Notes: a model not told the origin generated them from the letters alone. A stretch of DNA of 64,000 nt from Glaucostegus cemiculus (GCA_976551045.1 CDPCPM010000073.1:17050001-17114000); one strand, 5' to 3'. Counted from the first letter of the stretch, positions 39,240-53,324 are shown. Numbers and translations: made by a program.

Positions 39240-41830
39240 AGTCCCATTGTATAGCGTGGTATCCTGTACATGGCTGCTGTCTGGACAATGGAAGGCTGCT
39301 CCCTTTCCCACTAAGGCTGCACAGTATCCATGAGCAGCTCTTGACCCAGGTGAGCTGGCTTCAGACTGCTGCTCAGGGTCAAGTGAAGGGATAGTCCGGG
39401 ATGGCTGGCTTTGGGGCACCGGTGAGTGTACTGCCTGGGGAATAGTGCCCTTGTTAGGAGGAACATCAGAGTCCTGAACCTGCACACCATACAACCTCTC
39501 GGGGGACAGGGTAGGTGGTGGTAAATGATCTGGTGGCACTCAGAGCGACCTGCCATTATTCCAACCTCTGGAGCCAAAACTGAGCTGGCTGACAGACCCA
39601 GTGCCACAGATGTCTGGTTGCTGCTCTTCATTCTTGCCCTCAGAGCCCTCTGCATAATATGAGCAAGATTCGGCTCATAATGAAGAGGGGTGTGAGTAGT
39701 GGAGGAAGGGCACGTCTCTGCGCCTGCAGAGGAGAGGCCCGTTTCCATGTGCCACATCTCTGCATCTGGAGGAGAGCTGCCAGTTCACATGTGGTGTCTC
39801 TGTTCCTGCAGAACAGCAATCTGCTGATGTGCAGTATCCCTCAGCCCCAGGAGAGCACTGAGCTGCTCACATACAGCATCCCTTTGCTCCTGAGGTACTG
39901 CGAGCTGCTAACGGATGGCCTCCCTGTGTCCCTTGAGATTAGTAATCTGCTTATGAGTGGTTCATGAGGACATCAGGCTGCTTCCAGGTAGCTTTACATT
40001 GACACCGCAGAGCCTCAAGCCATTCCCATGTGGCAAAGGCAAGTCCCTCTAATGGGACGTGTGCGAGTTTTGTATAGAACCATGGGACCATAAGGCATAG
40101 GAGCAGAATTAGGGCATTTGGCTCATCAAGTCTGCTCTGCCATTCGATCATGGCTGATTTATTTTTCCCTCTCAACCCTATTCTCCTGCCTTCTCCCCGT
40201 AACCTTTGACGCCCTTACTAATCAAGAACTTATCAATCTCCATTTTAAATATACCCAATGACTTGGCCTCCACAGCTGTCTGTGGCAGTGAATTCCACAG
40301 ATTCACTACACTCTAGCTAGAGAAATTCCTCCTCATCTCAGTTCTAAAGGGACCTACTTTTAGTCTGAGGCTGTGCCCTCTAGTCCTAGAATTTCCCACT
40401 ACTGGAAACATCCTCTCCACATCCACTCTATCCAGGCCTTTCAATATTCAGTAGTTTCAATGATATTCCCCCCCCACCCCACCCTCAATCCTTCTAAACT
40501 CCAGCACAAGAGTTCGTGTGACCTCTGTCTATCCCTTTACAGACACTGACACCTGAACTGGTAGGCCTTGTCTAATTGATCCTAGCAATTAAGTGAACAC
40601 ATTGTTCAGGGCTTCTGGATCTTGACAACCTTCTGAGAAAACTTGGAGGTGGAGTTCTCCTACTCCTTGTGACCTCCTGCATTGGGAGGAAGACCTGACA
40701 GCTCACTAACCCATCCCACTGTGCCTTGGCACAGTTGCATCCCAGTCCTTACTGTCATCTAGCAATACAGATGCACAGAACCTCCGTCCAAAGAGCCACT
40801 GCACTAGATTCCCTACAGTATGCCAGATTGCAGCGCCTGCCCTTCCTCAGGTGTCCCATGGCACCCAAATCTCCAACTTCATCTGCTTATCCCTCACAGT
40901 GCTTTTTTCCAAAGTGACGCTAGGGGTCCAGGGCACAATGGTGCACTGTGCTGTTCATCATCATCGTCGCTATTATCCTTGTCCAGTCTCCCTTTCTGCT
41001 CCTCCCACATCATTTCCTTCTCTTCTGAGCAGGACATAATGTGACCTGAACCTACACCTTGAAAAGGCAAAGTAGTTGCACTTTGAAGCAGCAGAGGATG
41101 CCCACTGGTGACCACATCCAAGAGATGTGGATGTTGTGAGCTTACCTGGCAGATTGGTGGTTTTGGGCTTAGGTCCCTTGCCCCTGCTCAAAAGGCAGGA
41201 TGGATCTTCTGTGGGTCAGGCACTAAAACACAAAGGTCCCTGTCCCATGCAAGTGACCTTCGTGCTATAGCTCACTCCTTTTGTATGAATGTAGGAGGTG
41301 ACGGACATTGAATCACCTTTTGACTATGCTGCATTTGGAGGTTTGACCTCAGTGCTAGGGATCCAGGGGGTGTAAGTATTAGAATGTTAGTAGTTGGATG
41401 AGCAGGGGTTGCTGGGGGAGAGGATGAGTGGTGCAGGGCCTGTAGATGGAGTAACAATGTTTGTCAGGACTGTAGCCCCCACCAGTCAGGCTCTACCAGT
41501 AGCCTTCCTGGTGCACAAGACATCCCTCCTGAATGCTTCTCATTCACCAGAGCATCATATCGCTTTCTGAGTGAAACATGGTGTTCAGGCCCTCTCCTCA
41601 TGGCTTCATAATGTGTTGTCAGGCTGCCAAGAGGGGTATTCCGTCAGGGCTGTTGCCCTTCCCTGATCATTGCACTGTAAAGCACCTCCACCAGTACTGA
41701 ACAGAGTGCACGATCCTAGGTGGAGATCACCATCATTCTGTTTTTAATGCCATTTTGGCCAATTGCAGGAGATCCAGTTAGATGTGGGATCTGCACATAA
41801 CATGGTTTAAAGCTCTGAAGAAGGACCCAT
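39240..41830 (-). mobile_element. GC-rich degenerate element, possibly a PIF/Harbinger Myb/SANT-like ORF relic, interrupted by CR1
   Basis: Compositional island; minus-strand remnants RA...VEVLYSAM and RKRYDAL (41548-41568), an acidic stretch DNSDDDDEQH, and an intron-like GTAAGC...TTTTCAAG (41145-41058). Confidence 0.35.
40078..40505 (-). mobile_element. CR1 LINE 3' fragment
   Basis: Reverse-complement homolog of 56.14-56.61 kb; RRNFSS...VNSLPQTAVEAKSLGIFK-like translation. Confidence 0.9.
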
Positions 41831-41849
41831 CCAGTTTTTAAGTAATAAT

Positions 41850-42330
41850 ATAGTCAAGATCCAAGGCACTGAAAGGCCAGTGGTACGCTCTTGGAAGTGG
41901 AGTCACTGTTATAACGTAGGAAATGCAGCAGCTGAATTGTATCATTCAAGCCCTATGAACAATAATGTGGTAATGATTGTGTAATCCTTCCTATTAGCAA
42001 TGTTGACTGAAGAATAAATAGAGGCCAGGGCACTCAGCGTACCTCCCCTGGACTTCTTGGAAATAGTGCTGGGGAATCACTTGCTTCCACCTAAGACAGA
42101 TAACAGGTTGTAGTCTAACGTCTCAACTGAAAGACAACAGTATAGCAATTTATTAGTTTTGTACTAGACCGCCAATGAGTATTGTCCTGGCCAACATTTA
42201 TCTATTAATCACTAAAAGCAATATTGACATCACATTACTGCTTCTGGGCTCAAGTCTCTGCAGCAATAATTGAACCCATGGCCTTCGGGATTAGTGGTAA
42301 GAGTGCAGGTAACTGAGCTACAGGTAACAT
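41850..42330 (-). mobile_element. Deu-domain SINE fragments
   Basis: GTCACTGTTATAACGTAGGAAATGCAGCAGC...CTCCCCTGGACTTCTTGGAAATAGTGC...AACGTCTCA. Confidence 0.65.
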
Positions 42331-45284
42331 TATTGGAAAAGCAGCCAGTGGAAGCCAGGAGAGGAAGTGGACGTAAAATCGGTAATGTGGTATTGGAAGC
42401 GACCAATCATGATTCAGCAGCTTGTTTAGAACCTGTCTGATCAATAGACCTGTGGAAAAGAAAATCAAGCCTAATATAAATAGGTTGTTAATTCACTATC
42501 ACCTGCTTTGTCCTACTATCCAACACCAAACTTGCTTCAATGGCTATCCTTTTGTTTGGTTAAAGACGTGTATTGACCAGTGTTCCCAATGTTTGGCAGA
42601 CCCCGCTGTAAATATGTGAGTGCAGCTTGTTGGTAGAACCTGAGAAGCTCTGTTTGTGATGGTCATGGTCCAATGCACCACTGGCCCTCACTGTTCACCC
42701 TTACACATGGCTGATTATCTGAGCTGCTGCCTGTGGCAGGGCAGCAGCAGGAGCTGTCTTGTTTAAATTGGAACAACAGACAAAAGGCTTCTGACCCACC
42801 TGGTCATTGCAAACACAGGCTAAAGTATCAATTAATGCTGATTCCTTTGAAAAAAAACTTGTCATTTGCAAAATATATAGGAATATTTTCCTCATTATAT
42901 TGAACAGTGAGACTTAATAAAAGTTACCTGTTTCTGTGACTCTGATTCTGACTTGTTTCCATTTCCCAATGCTTGGCATTATTGCCAGTCGAGGTGCTAC
43001 AAAGCTCCCTTCAAGTTGAAAATATTTTTAATAATGAATATATCAAACAGGTTTCTAATAATGACTTTAATTTTCGGAATAAGACCCAATGGTTTCAAGG
43101 CTATTTTTTAGTGTATAGAAAACAGCTGAAGTGAAAGGTGTTTAGTTGGGCTTCTGTGAAGGTATTGACTAAGATCTCTGAAAGTATTCCTGGATTAAGT
43201 AATTTGTTTGGCCAAACTAATAATCATTGATCTTTAAATCAAAGGATTTTATTCATTTATATTTTCTTCTTGTCCAGCAATTGATTAGATCCTAAGCAAT
43301 TTAGAGTTCATCATAAAAGTTAAATATCAGCCAAAGAGATGCCTGTATGTCAGAGTGCTGGTTTACCTGAGGGCTAATGGTATCATTAGATAATATACAG
43401 TTCACAGCTAGGAAAGATTACTGTGTTTGATTTGGGCAGGTTGTAAAATCATCAGTAATGACAATAAAAGCAAAGCTTGTGGGATGACCATTGTTGCCTG
43501 AAATATGGGCCAGGTAGGTTTTGCATGCCGTACTCCTCTGCCGTTCTGGGTCAATATTGGGACTTGTTCTCTTTCATCTCCTGTTGACAGGAGACAGATG
43601 GCGGCTGCTTGTCTGGTTTGAATTACTCATGCCCAGCCTGTGGATGGTTTCAGTTCCCTGAGCTGAAAAGGAAAATAAATAGTTTATTTCCATCATCCTT
43701 GTCTTGTATAATTGAGATGTGCTTGTTCTAAGGTCATTTACATGGGATGAATTGTTCTTCTAAACAATGTTTCTGAGTGTCAGGAGAGCAGTGGGTGTGG
43801 TGCAGTGAATCAAATGTTCTAAAACTGGGTTGGGAATTATTGCTGTATTCTACTTGCAGTGTGTAGCAAATTGAATCAATACATGCAATGAAATACAAAT
43901 TATTTGTTTTTGTTGCCAGTCACAGATTAGTAGAACCATAGGAAGCACAGAAACAGCCAAATTAGCTGATTTTTTTTCTGCGCAGGCTCTCCACAAGAGC
44001 AATTCACTGTTAGTAATATTGTCCTGCTTTAAATATTTAACCGACTTTTCCTTTAAGACACACAGTGTTCTAAGCATCAATCATTCCCTCAGGCAAAACA
44101 TTCTGGGTTTCAGCAATTTTCAACGTTAGAGTTCTTTTCTAATCTCTCCCCACTGTTGCTCTGATCATCATAACCAACTCCCCAACAAGAGTAAGTGAAA
44201 TTTCCAGAGTAATATGATGAAAAAAGCTTGTTCTTAAAAGAAAGAAATACCTCTATCGAAACTCCTCAGTGTCCTGAAAACCTTTTTCTGCAATATTAAC
44301 ATGTAACAAAATAATTTGAAATATGTGGTGTTCAAAGAAATCAAGCAGATCTAAATTAAACCAAGTAACAACTTCTACTGTGATATTAAAAGTGACAATA
44401 TTGTATGTGAAGGTGGACTACAATTGTAAGAACCAACAGATGATTCACACTGCAAGATTTCCTCCATACAATCTATTTTAAATGCAAGCCGTTCAAATTG
44501 ACTGATAGGATGAGTTATTATGTTACGTACATTCTTCTCCTTGTTTTCCACTCCATAGTTATGTCAAACTATTTTCTTGAGAGGCAGAGAAACTCCTCTA
44601 AACTGAACAATTTTGCTCATATGAAATGATTTGTGCCTCTAGGCCTGAACAAAAGCATCAAGCCTGAGAAAGCAAAACACAGCATCCATCAAACCTGTAG
44701 TTCCCAATTTTCTTTTGACTGAGTCCCAGTCCTCACCCCATGCTAATTATTAACAATAATTACTTGTTAATTTCATCTGGATTCTGCCTTCTAACATTGT
44801 CACACAACCCTCCAGAGGGGTCTCCCTCAACTTTGACAAGCAATGCATTAAACCATTACCAAAAGCTAATGCCTCTGTTGTCACTCAATCTCCTGTTTAC
44901 AATAATTTAACATAGAAACCTTTGATCTCATTCCTCATCAATGTGTTGCTGAGCATGATTGCTTTTTTATCTATGTGAAATAGTCAGTGCAGGTTTGAGG
45001 GGCTGAGTGGTTTTCACCTGTGCTTTACATTTCTATAGCTATGAGCCCCAGCTTGCTTTCCTGATCTGGTCTAACTCTGGAGCTAAAGGCAAATGCCCTT
45101 GACACCAAACATTGTAATGACTATATCATCAGGCAAGTTCAGTTAGCTTCAGAGCTCGATGGAACTTACTTATAGTAAGTGGTGATTGTTGGGGAGCACC
45201 ATTTCATTTACAGTTTACATTCTGAATCAAATAACAGTCCTTTTACATGAAAATTGCTCAATGAACCACTTAAAATAAATAGTT

Positions 45285-45632
45285 AAGATAAAATAAGGTA
45301 AGATAAGATCTTTATTAGTCATATGTACATAGAAACACACAGTGAAATACATCTTTTGCGTAGTGATTTTGGGGAGCAGCCCGCAAGTGTCGCCACGCTT
45401 CCAGCGCCAACATAGCATGCCCATAACTTCCTAACCTGTATGTCTTTGGAATGTGGGAGGAAACCAGAGCACCCGGAGGAAACCCACACAGAAACGGGGA
45501 GAACATACAAACTCCTTACAGTCAGTGGCCAGATTTGAACCCAGGACGCTGTAAAGCATTGTGCTAACCACTATGCTACCGTGCTGTCCTACTATGCTAC
45601 CGTGCCGTCCTACTATGCTACTGTGCTGTCCT
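45285..45632 (-). mobile_element. V-SINE with (TCTTA)n tail and triplicated 21-bp 5' head
   Basis: V core GGTGCTCTGGTTTCCTCCCACATTCCAAAGAC, B box GGTTCAAATC; head unit at 45570-45590, 45591-45611 and 45612-45632. Confidence 0.9.
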
Positions 45633-45947
45633 TAGATAAATTGAGCACTTATCTAATGTTGATCAGCCGGTTCTAGTCTGTCATTTTCCAGTTGTCGTAA
45701 TCCAACCTATAAATGCCCTTTGCTCTACCCACCCTATATTTGAAGTCTCCTCCAATCTATACTTCCATATGAATCCATATTCTTTTTGACTTCAACTTCC
45801 CATTGCCAAACAATTATCCCTATGATTTGTAACTCTCTAACTAAACCACAAAACTCTTGACCAAGATATCAATCATTGCTTTTCCATTCTGTCCAGATCA
45901 TCACATTGTTGAAAACACTGTGATTTTTTAATGTTTATATCATTGGT

Positions 45948-46270
45948 GCAACAACAACAACCTTGCATTACGTGGTGCCTTGAACATTATAAAACATCCC
46001 AAGAGACTTCAAGGAACAATTATCTTACAACATATACTACATAAAGATTTATAAAGAGGTAGGTTTTTGGGACTTTCCCAAAGGAGGAAGAGGAAAGAGG
46101 CAGAGCTTTAGGTAAGGAATTCCAAAGCAAAAGGCCTTGTATCTAAGGCACACTCTTCAAAAGTAGAGTGAAGAACATCAGGGATGTGCAATTGAAAGAA
46201 TGTTGAGATTTCTGAGGTACCTTGGTCTGGTATGTGAAATGGAGATGAGTGGCAAACCATGGAGGGAATT
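45948..46270 (-). mobile_element. L2 LINE 3' end (old)
   Basis: CAACAACAACCTTGCATT...AAAACATCCCAAG...GGAATTCCAAAGC, the reverse of 55.6-56.0 kb. Confidence 0.55.
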
Positions 46271-47667
46271 CAATGTATAACTAGACCACTATATCATCAA
46301 CACTAACAACTCATTTAACGTCTTGTGCCCAAACTGAAATTCTTTAATTTGTTGAAGATGATGTACAATCCATAACCACAACAGGAAATGGTTTAGGAGT
46401 TGAAGATTAATGAGAGGAATGAAGCCTGAAGAAGCCAAGAATGCAGTCAATTCAGGTTTCATCAACATTTTGGAGTCACAACTTTTTAAAGAAGTATTTT
46501 TAGGATTATGATTTTGTTTATTCTGTGGAACTGAACATTAATGATTGTGATTTACAAAACCATCACCAGTCACCAACAGTCTGTTATTAGTCATAATATC
46601 CACACTTTGGAACCCCTTTGAACTCATGACATGGTAGAATGCAAACTGAACTGTATTCTTCTGAATTTTCTTTAAAGACTTTTGCAAATGGAATATTTTG
46701 TTTGGATTTAAATGTCTTTCCCTGTTATATATTCAGCGTTGAACATAAGGTACCAACTTTTAACCTTGGAACTGTATTTGAAGGTAAATATAGTTTTATG
46801 ACAAGCTCCCCAGTGTCGAAATATTTTTAGCCTTTTGCCTTATGTGTTACATGTGCTGAGTTTCTAATGTGGAGACATGGCTTTCATAATTCCTAACCAG
46901 GTGGTTTAAAGCTAGACTTCTATGATCTGGCACCTTTGGTCTAAGTTATATAAAGGTGTAATCAAACAAACTCTGCTTGAAATAATAATTGAACCAGTGG
47001 ATTTTTATTTGTCAATTTCATTAATTTCACTGTGTATAAATTTCAAAAGGATCAATTTACATTAAAGGTAACTCCAACTTTTCTTGTGTAATAATTCATT
47101 CGCGTGATCTGGATTTTTTCCAAGCAGTACTGTCATTTAGAATGAGACTTCATTCTTTTTTTTTATAAACTGTGAATACAAGCACGGGAAAGAGACCTTT
47201 TATTCACTTGCCTTAGCCTGAAGGTACCTTTTATAAAACAGGCCCTGGTTTTGCTTTCCAGTGTGTGACATTTTTCAGCGTCTAATTTTCATCTAGTCCC
47301 AGACCTTCCATATGGCTTTGATCATCATTCTAACTATTTACTTTTAAGAGTCAAATCTATCAAATGAACCTTGTATTGATTTATATATCATTTCATTAAT
47401 GAAATTAACCAAATCAGTTGAATCTGGAGCTAAAGGCAAGTCTCAGTCATCTTCTATTTGAGCCAGTGGGAGTCCTAGAATTTTACAGCATATGTGGCCA
47501 ACTGAGTTTGTCTGATTCTCCTTAAATCTTTGTTTAGTCACTTGCCTTTGGAAAGTTATTTTGAACTTTGCTTTCACTACTGCTTTTGCTATGTAATGCA
47601 ATACTTTGGTAGCCCTGTGATTCCACATGAAGCAGATGTTTGCCATTTACCTTATCATGGAAACAAG

Positions 47668-48110
47668 AACATAGATAAATAGGAGCAGGAGTAGATCATT
47701 GGGCCCTATGAGCCTGTTCTACTATTCAGACAATTATTGGCTAATCTTCAGTTTCAAAGTCATATTCCTGCTTTATTGACATATCTCTTGGATGGCCTTT
47801 AGTGTCCAGAGATATATCTACCACCTTCTTAAATATATTCAGTAATTTGGCTTCCACAACTTTCTGTGATAGAAAACTCCTCCTCATCTAGGTCCTCAAT
47901 ATCTGTATCCTGGATGGTTACCCTTTCTTGTGGACCTCCCACGGATGAGGTAACCATTCTCACTGCCTCCAGCTTATCAAATGTTGTACATTTCAATGAG
48001 ATTTCTGCTCATTCTTCCAAACTCTAGTGAATATAGGCCTAGTCAATCCCATACCTTCTCATGTGAAGTCTTGTCCTCCCAGGAATCAGCTTGGAGAACT
48101 TTCGGTGATT
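47668..48110 (-). mobile_element. CR1 LINE 3' fragment (old)
   Basis: AACATAGATAAATAGGAGCAGGAGTAGATCATT tail; TTTCAATGAGAT...CTCATTCTTCCAAACTC. Confidence 0.7.
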
Positions 48111-51100
48111 ATTAGCATCTCTATTAGATTATCTCTTGACCTTTGTTCCGAAAAAAAGACTACCCATGTGACCATTCCTCATTCTCCTAATCCTGTTGCC
48201 ATTTACCAAGATCTACTGGTTCTAATGTTGGTTGCTAAAACACAGCAAATGATCTAGACTCTTGTCACCTCGTATAGCTTCCAAAGACTCTAACTCTATA
48301 ACCACTGCTAGGTTGGAGGCTATTCTCAGTACTTTGCCTGATATTCCCGAAATCCAATAAGGAAAGGAACTGATGGCATCCTCAGATAAAGTTTGATGGC
48401 ATCCTTGTCTAGTTAACTAAAGACCTTTGAGCCTTATGTGGTAGGGTGTAGTGCTGACCTAGACTTGTGTGGCTAAAAGATTCCAACTCCTTCAACAAGG
48501 TCGGATGATATTCAATGGGTGTTTCAAATGCCAGGCAATGGAATGCTGCCCTGGACAGGTGTTTTGTGAATCCAGCACCGGTAATGTCAAAGGCCTACTT
48601 TGACCACAAAGCTATCTTGAAGGACTATCATAGATTAACAGTCTCATTTCTCAATGGTTTATTTGTTCCCCTCCTCCATGCCCTTACACCACTTCCAGCT
48701 GTCTGTGTGGTAGTGACATAATTGTTTTACAGCTACCCTCTTAAACAATAAAATCTCTCGTGATTTTATTGTTAGGTTTACTAATTAACATAGTAAAAAT
48801 TCACACGTAGCCTGGATTTTCTTTTAACTAAATCTGGATCTATTTCAGATATGTAAAGCCCTAAAGTGCTACTGTAGAAAAGACTGTTTTACAGAGACCG
48901 GTGGGGTCTGTGTAAAGCAACGTGTAATTGTACCTCTGCTGGTTTCTGGAGCAGTATTTTGTATTTTACTGTTTTCTTCCACCTAAGTGCTCAGTGCCCT
49001 GCAGCTTATGCTAATATGAGGATAGTAATCTCCCAGGGTTGTTCTAGTTCTGTGTGGTAACCGGCTCTAAGGAAATACGAAGGAGTGTTCAGTGTGCCTC
49101 CCCCTGCCTGTGGGAGAGGTCCATCTGTGCTTGATCAATTCTGACAATTTTATGGCCAAGATTGGCAGCTTGTCAAATGGGGAATCCCAGGTACTAACTT
49201 AAACAACACTATTGCATGTCCATTACCTTTAGTTGCTTATGGTTTTAATTTTTCCTGACTACTTGTAATCCCTCTTGACAACACCACCTCTGGGAGCCAA
49301 CTAAGCACACTGTGTCCAGGGAAGTGCAACATATAGAGTAGTGGTCCATGTAATCATGAAACGGCTACAAAAATGTACATGATATTAGAGGTCATATATG
49401 TCACAATGTGTTAACTGCTTTTGGACACTAATTTAGCTCTGGTATTCCTGATAGGAGCTTTTTAACATATTGCATATGTCACTGAACCCCCAAATAGTTT
49501 AATTTTATTTTAGGATCATTATGCAATTAAAAGCAGACTTGTTAATGTTATATCATTGAGGGATGTTAAGCCAAAGGCAATTTTTTGGGTTGTTTATTGT
49601 TTCCCATAAAATTAGTGATCAATGGTGATGAAAGAATATCCTACAGAATAAAAGGAAATCAATGCCAATGCCCTTCTACTAAGATTGTCGGTTGGCTTAG
49701 CTCAGCTGGGTGAAAGCATCACCATTTCTTCAATAAAAATCAAACTGGATTCATGTCTGCTGATTTTCAAACATCTTTGTGCCTGGAGCAGCTTTCTAAA
49801 TATTGATGTACTGGAAATATTGAAGTATTCCCAAGGAATAAACTTCAACCTGTGTTTTAGAGATAGTCAAGCCAAAACTATGCTTAGCTTGGCTTGAGTT
49901 CCAACTTCATTTTACATGAGGTTCAAACTTAGAGCCTGGATTTGCACTCTTCCTTAAATCAATGATGCATTAACCTTGTAGACTAATCTGGATCATTACT
50001 AACTCATCATTTGAACCACAAGCTACGGCAGGAGTTTTATGTCTTAACGTGGTGTGGTAAAGTGGAGGAGGGATAATACTTGAACATTTTCTTTGGGATT
50101 CTGTTGAAGTTAACTTCCTTCCACATCAGTTCTTTGGGTTCTGAAATGGGTGGTGAGGCCAGTGTGGGATCCACAGACTTGGCCACAAATGGGTCAGGAA
50201 GTCCTTTATAGATGGATAGTTCCGGAGGTGATTCACTACTTATGATGTTTTCTCTTTGCATATACATTCTTTCAGCAAACAGACTCAAAGTCCTCTGTGC
50301 CACCCTGGATGCTCCCCTTCTCCATATTGAGTGGTCTGAGAATATCCTTGAGGCATTAGCTCTGTCCTTGCCACGTTTGGAGTAGACTGCCTGCTTTGGG
50401 TGCCTAGTGTGCATGGCATGCAAATAATATGGCCTGACCATTGAAGCTGGCTAAGTGTAATGAAAACCCTGTCGTCAAAGATGTTTATCTAACAATACTG
50501 ACATTGGTCTGCCAATGGAATTGGAAGATTCTTCAGAGACAGTGTATTAGTGCTACCTCTCTGGTGCTTTCAGGTGTCTGCAGTGGGTGTAGTCCATGTA
50601 CGTTTTTGAACATAACTGATCTTAGACACATCTGAACAGACCAAAGTTTTGGAAAATAATCTGAAGCATTCCTTCCTCAGTCTTTGAAGATATATCATGT
50701 CTTGCTTACAGTGAGATTTCTTTGCATGATAGTAGGAGAAGATGACAGTATTAATGCTGTTGAAATAAGTGCCTCAGAATTTTTTAAGCTTAATGATGTC
50801 CCAATTACTTTCACATTCTCATATTCTGTGAAAATTTACACAAAATGATCACCTGTAGCTGTCCAGGCACCATTGCAAGGTTTAAAAAGTGATTTTGAAA
50901 ATTCTTAAAATAAGAACAGAAATAATTGGAGTAGATTATCACACTCCTCAAGTTTGTTCTGCCAAGCAGTGAAACTATAATGACCTTTCTTTTGCAGGTT
51001 AACTTTCCTGTCCTATCCTCATCCCTTAATTCATGCCTCCAATCCATTTTAGAATTACTTCTGTATATTAAATACTTTTTGGAGTTTTTAATGTGCATAT

Positions 51101-52497
51101 TTTGACAACTGAATATTATTCAGCTAAACATTAACTGTGTATAATTTTTTGAAGCATGACCACAATCTCAGGATACAGCATTGTGACACTTTCATAGCCA
51201 CTAATTCTTCTTGAGAGAAGTTACCAAGTAATGGCCATGGTTTCAGAGCTAAAGGCAATGTACTGTAGAGATTTTCTGCAGCAACAGTTTGAGCTGACTT
51301 TAAAATTAGATGCCAGAGCTGAAAACATATAGTTTAACCAATTGGGGTATCCAATAGTATTGTGTTCAGGAACCTGAAATAAAATCATGCTTTGTGTTGG
51401 AGTACATTCTAATAATTTTGCATCTATTTAAGCAAAGCCAAACTGTGACTATTAATAAATTTAGGGAATCGGGTTAACTGGAGCTACAGAGCCAGATATT
51501 CCCCTCATTTTGAATAAACGCTAGTTAGTCATTTATCAAGATACTTAAACAATTGTAGCATTTTAGCAACATCTGTTAACTCTACTCTCAGTATCAACCT
51601 CAATGAATCACCAGAGCCCCACTGTTTAAATCAAAATATTTTTTCCTATATCAAAAGGTGCTTTGCAAAAGAAAACATAATTTGATTAATTATAATTAAT
51701 TTTGAAGATTTAATATTTTAAGGAGTCTGTTATTTTTTATTTTTACAGAAGAATTTCTAGCAGTTAACACAACTTATTGAATGTAATGTTGGATTTAATT
51801 TGGTAATAACAGCAATACAGCCCTTCTATTATTTAAAACTATATGTTCCTAAGATCTAAAGGCAATGAGAGAAGAAAGAGCCCTTTAACAATGCAACTCA
51901 AATCCCAATTGTTTGTTTCTCCTTGGAATACTTAAAACCAAGATAATGACAGTTAATATCAAGCACTCACCAGCAGCCTTTCTAACAGGAAACTGAAGAG
52001 TTCTGCACAAGAGTTAAATGCTGGATAAAGGAAAGAAAATCTCCATAATTCTTCTCATGGGGTTTGGGATTAAGAGAGCGTGTACTGTTAGTCTTTGGAG
52101 GCAGTTAATGGTATAAAAAGCCTTAGAGAAATGGAGAGAGACAGACTGTGTTTTGCTGTTCATTAGGGACTCTTTCTCCATGTTTGCACAAGTGAGATTC
52201 AAAGTGGAAGCAGATACAAATGAAGTCTTGGTGTGAACGTTCTCAGCATTAAGCAGCAGTCTCAAGTCTTTATGCCTGGGAATTGTCTCATAGCACATCT
52301 AACACTTAACCCTAGCTGCAGTGGGGTTGTGGGGCTGGATCAAGTTCAGACTCAAGAATGAAGTGTCAAAGAGGCATATAATCATGGCTTGAGGATTGAT
52401 TGTGCATTTATATGAGGTTCCAAGACATAATGATGATTTTATGTGAGATCTGTTTTTGTATAACACAAACACATTGCATGCCTGTGAAGGAGTTTGC

Positions 52498-52615
52498 ATT
52501 AAATAAAAACAAAAATTGCTGGAAATACTCAGTGGGTCAGGCCACATCTGTGCAAAGAAAAACAGAGTTAAAGTTTCAGGTCGAAGACACTTCTTCAGAA
52601 TTTGGAAGGAGACAA
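52498..52615 (-). mobile_element. Penelope-like terminal fragment with hammerhead-like core
   Basis: GCTGGAAATACTCAGTGGGTCAGGCCACATCTGTG; minus strand CTGAAGA AGTGTC TTC GACCT GAAAC. Confidence 0.65.
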
Positions 52616-53324
52616 AAGAATCTTGTTAAACTGCACTCTACCGTATGCAGTTTTTTTTTATTTTTAAGGAGTTTGCATTGTTATTTTTGCACTGAATTCT
52701 GTCTGCCTTTGCTGCTGTTGTCTGTCAGTGGGAGCTTGTGCAGGAATGTGTCTTATGGATAATACTATAGCTCAGTAGTCAAATTAAAATGGTAGTCCAG
52801 CTGGGTCATAGACATGAAATTCAAACTCATTTCTGATTTGGCACTTAGACCATAGAGATGACTCACGGTATCTAGTTTTCATGCATTGATGGTGCTGAAG
52901 GTTTTAAGGATCCAACTTTTGACTTAGTTATTCTCTGTGATCTTCAGGGGCTGACTAACAAACCTGCAGCATTGTGCTGAGATCCATATGAAGGCTGTGA
53001 CTTTCTGTCAGAGGGTTATAAAATTCCTGGCAAGCTCACTGAAAGCCCCATGTTTACACTGTTTGTTTAATTCCCATGTCTCTGTGTAAACACACTGACT
53101 GGAACTCACAAGCTGCTGCTTGAGACAAATTTAAAATCAATTTGTTATCTTTTTAGTTACAATTATACAGGACTAAATCAAATGCTTGTGGTAATGGGTG
53201 AAAAACATGCATGCAGTAGGTTTTCCTCATTGTACTAGTATGGGTCACAGGGTTACAGTCCCTGGTGTGGTGAGGTCATAAAGAACATAAGGGTCTCATT
53301 AATCTTTATTGAGCAATTAGAAAC

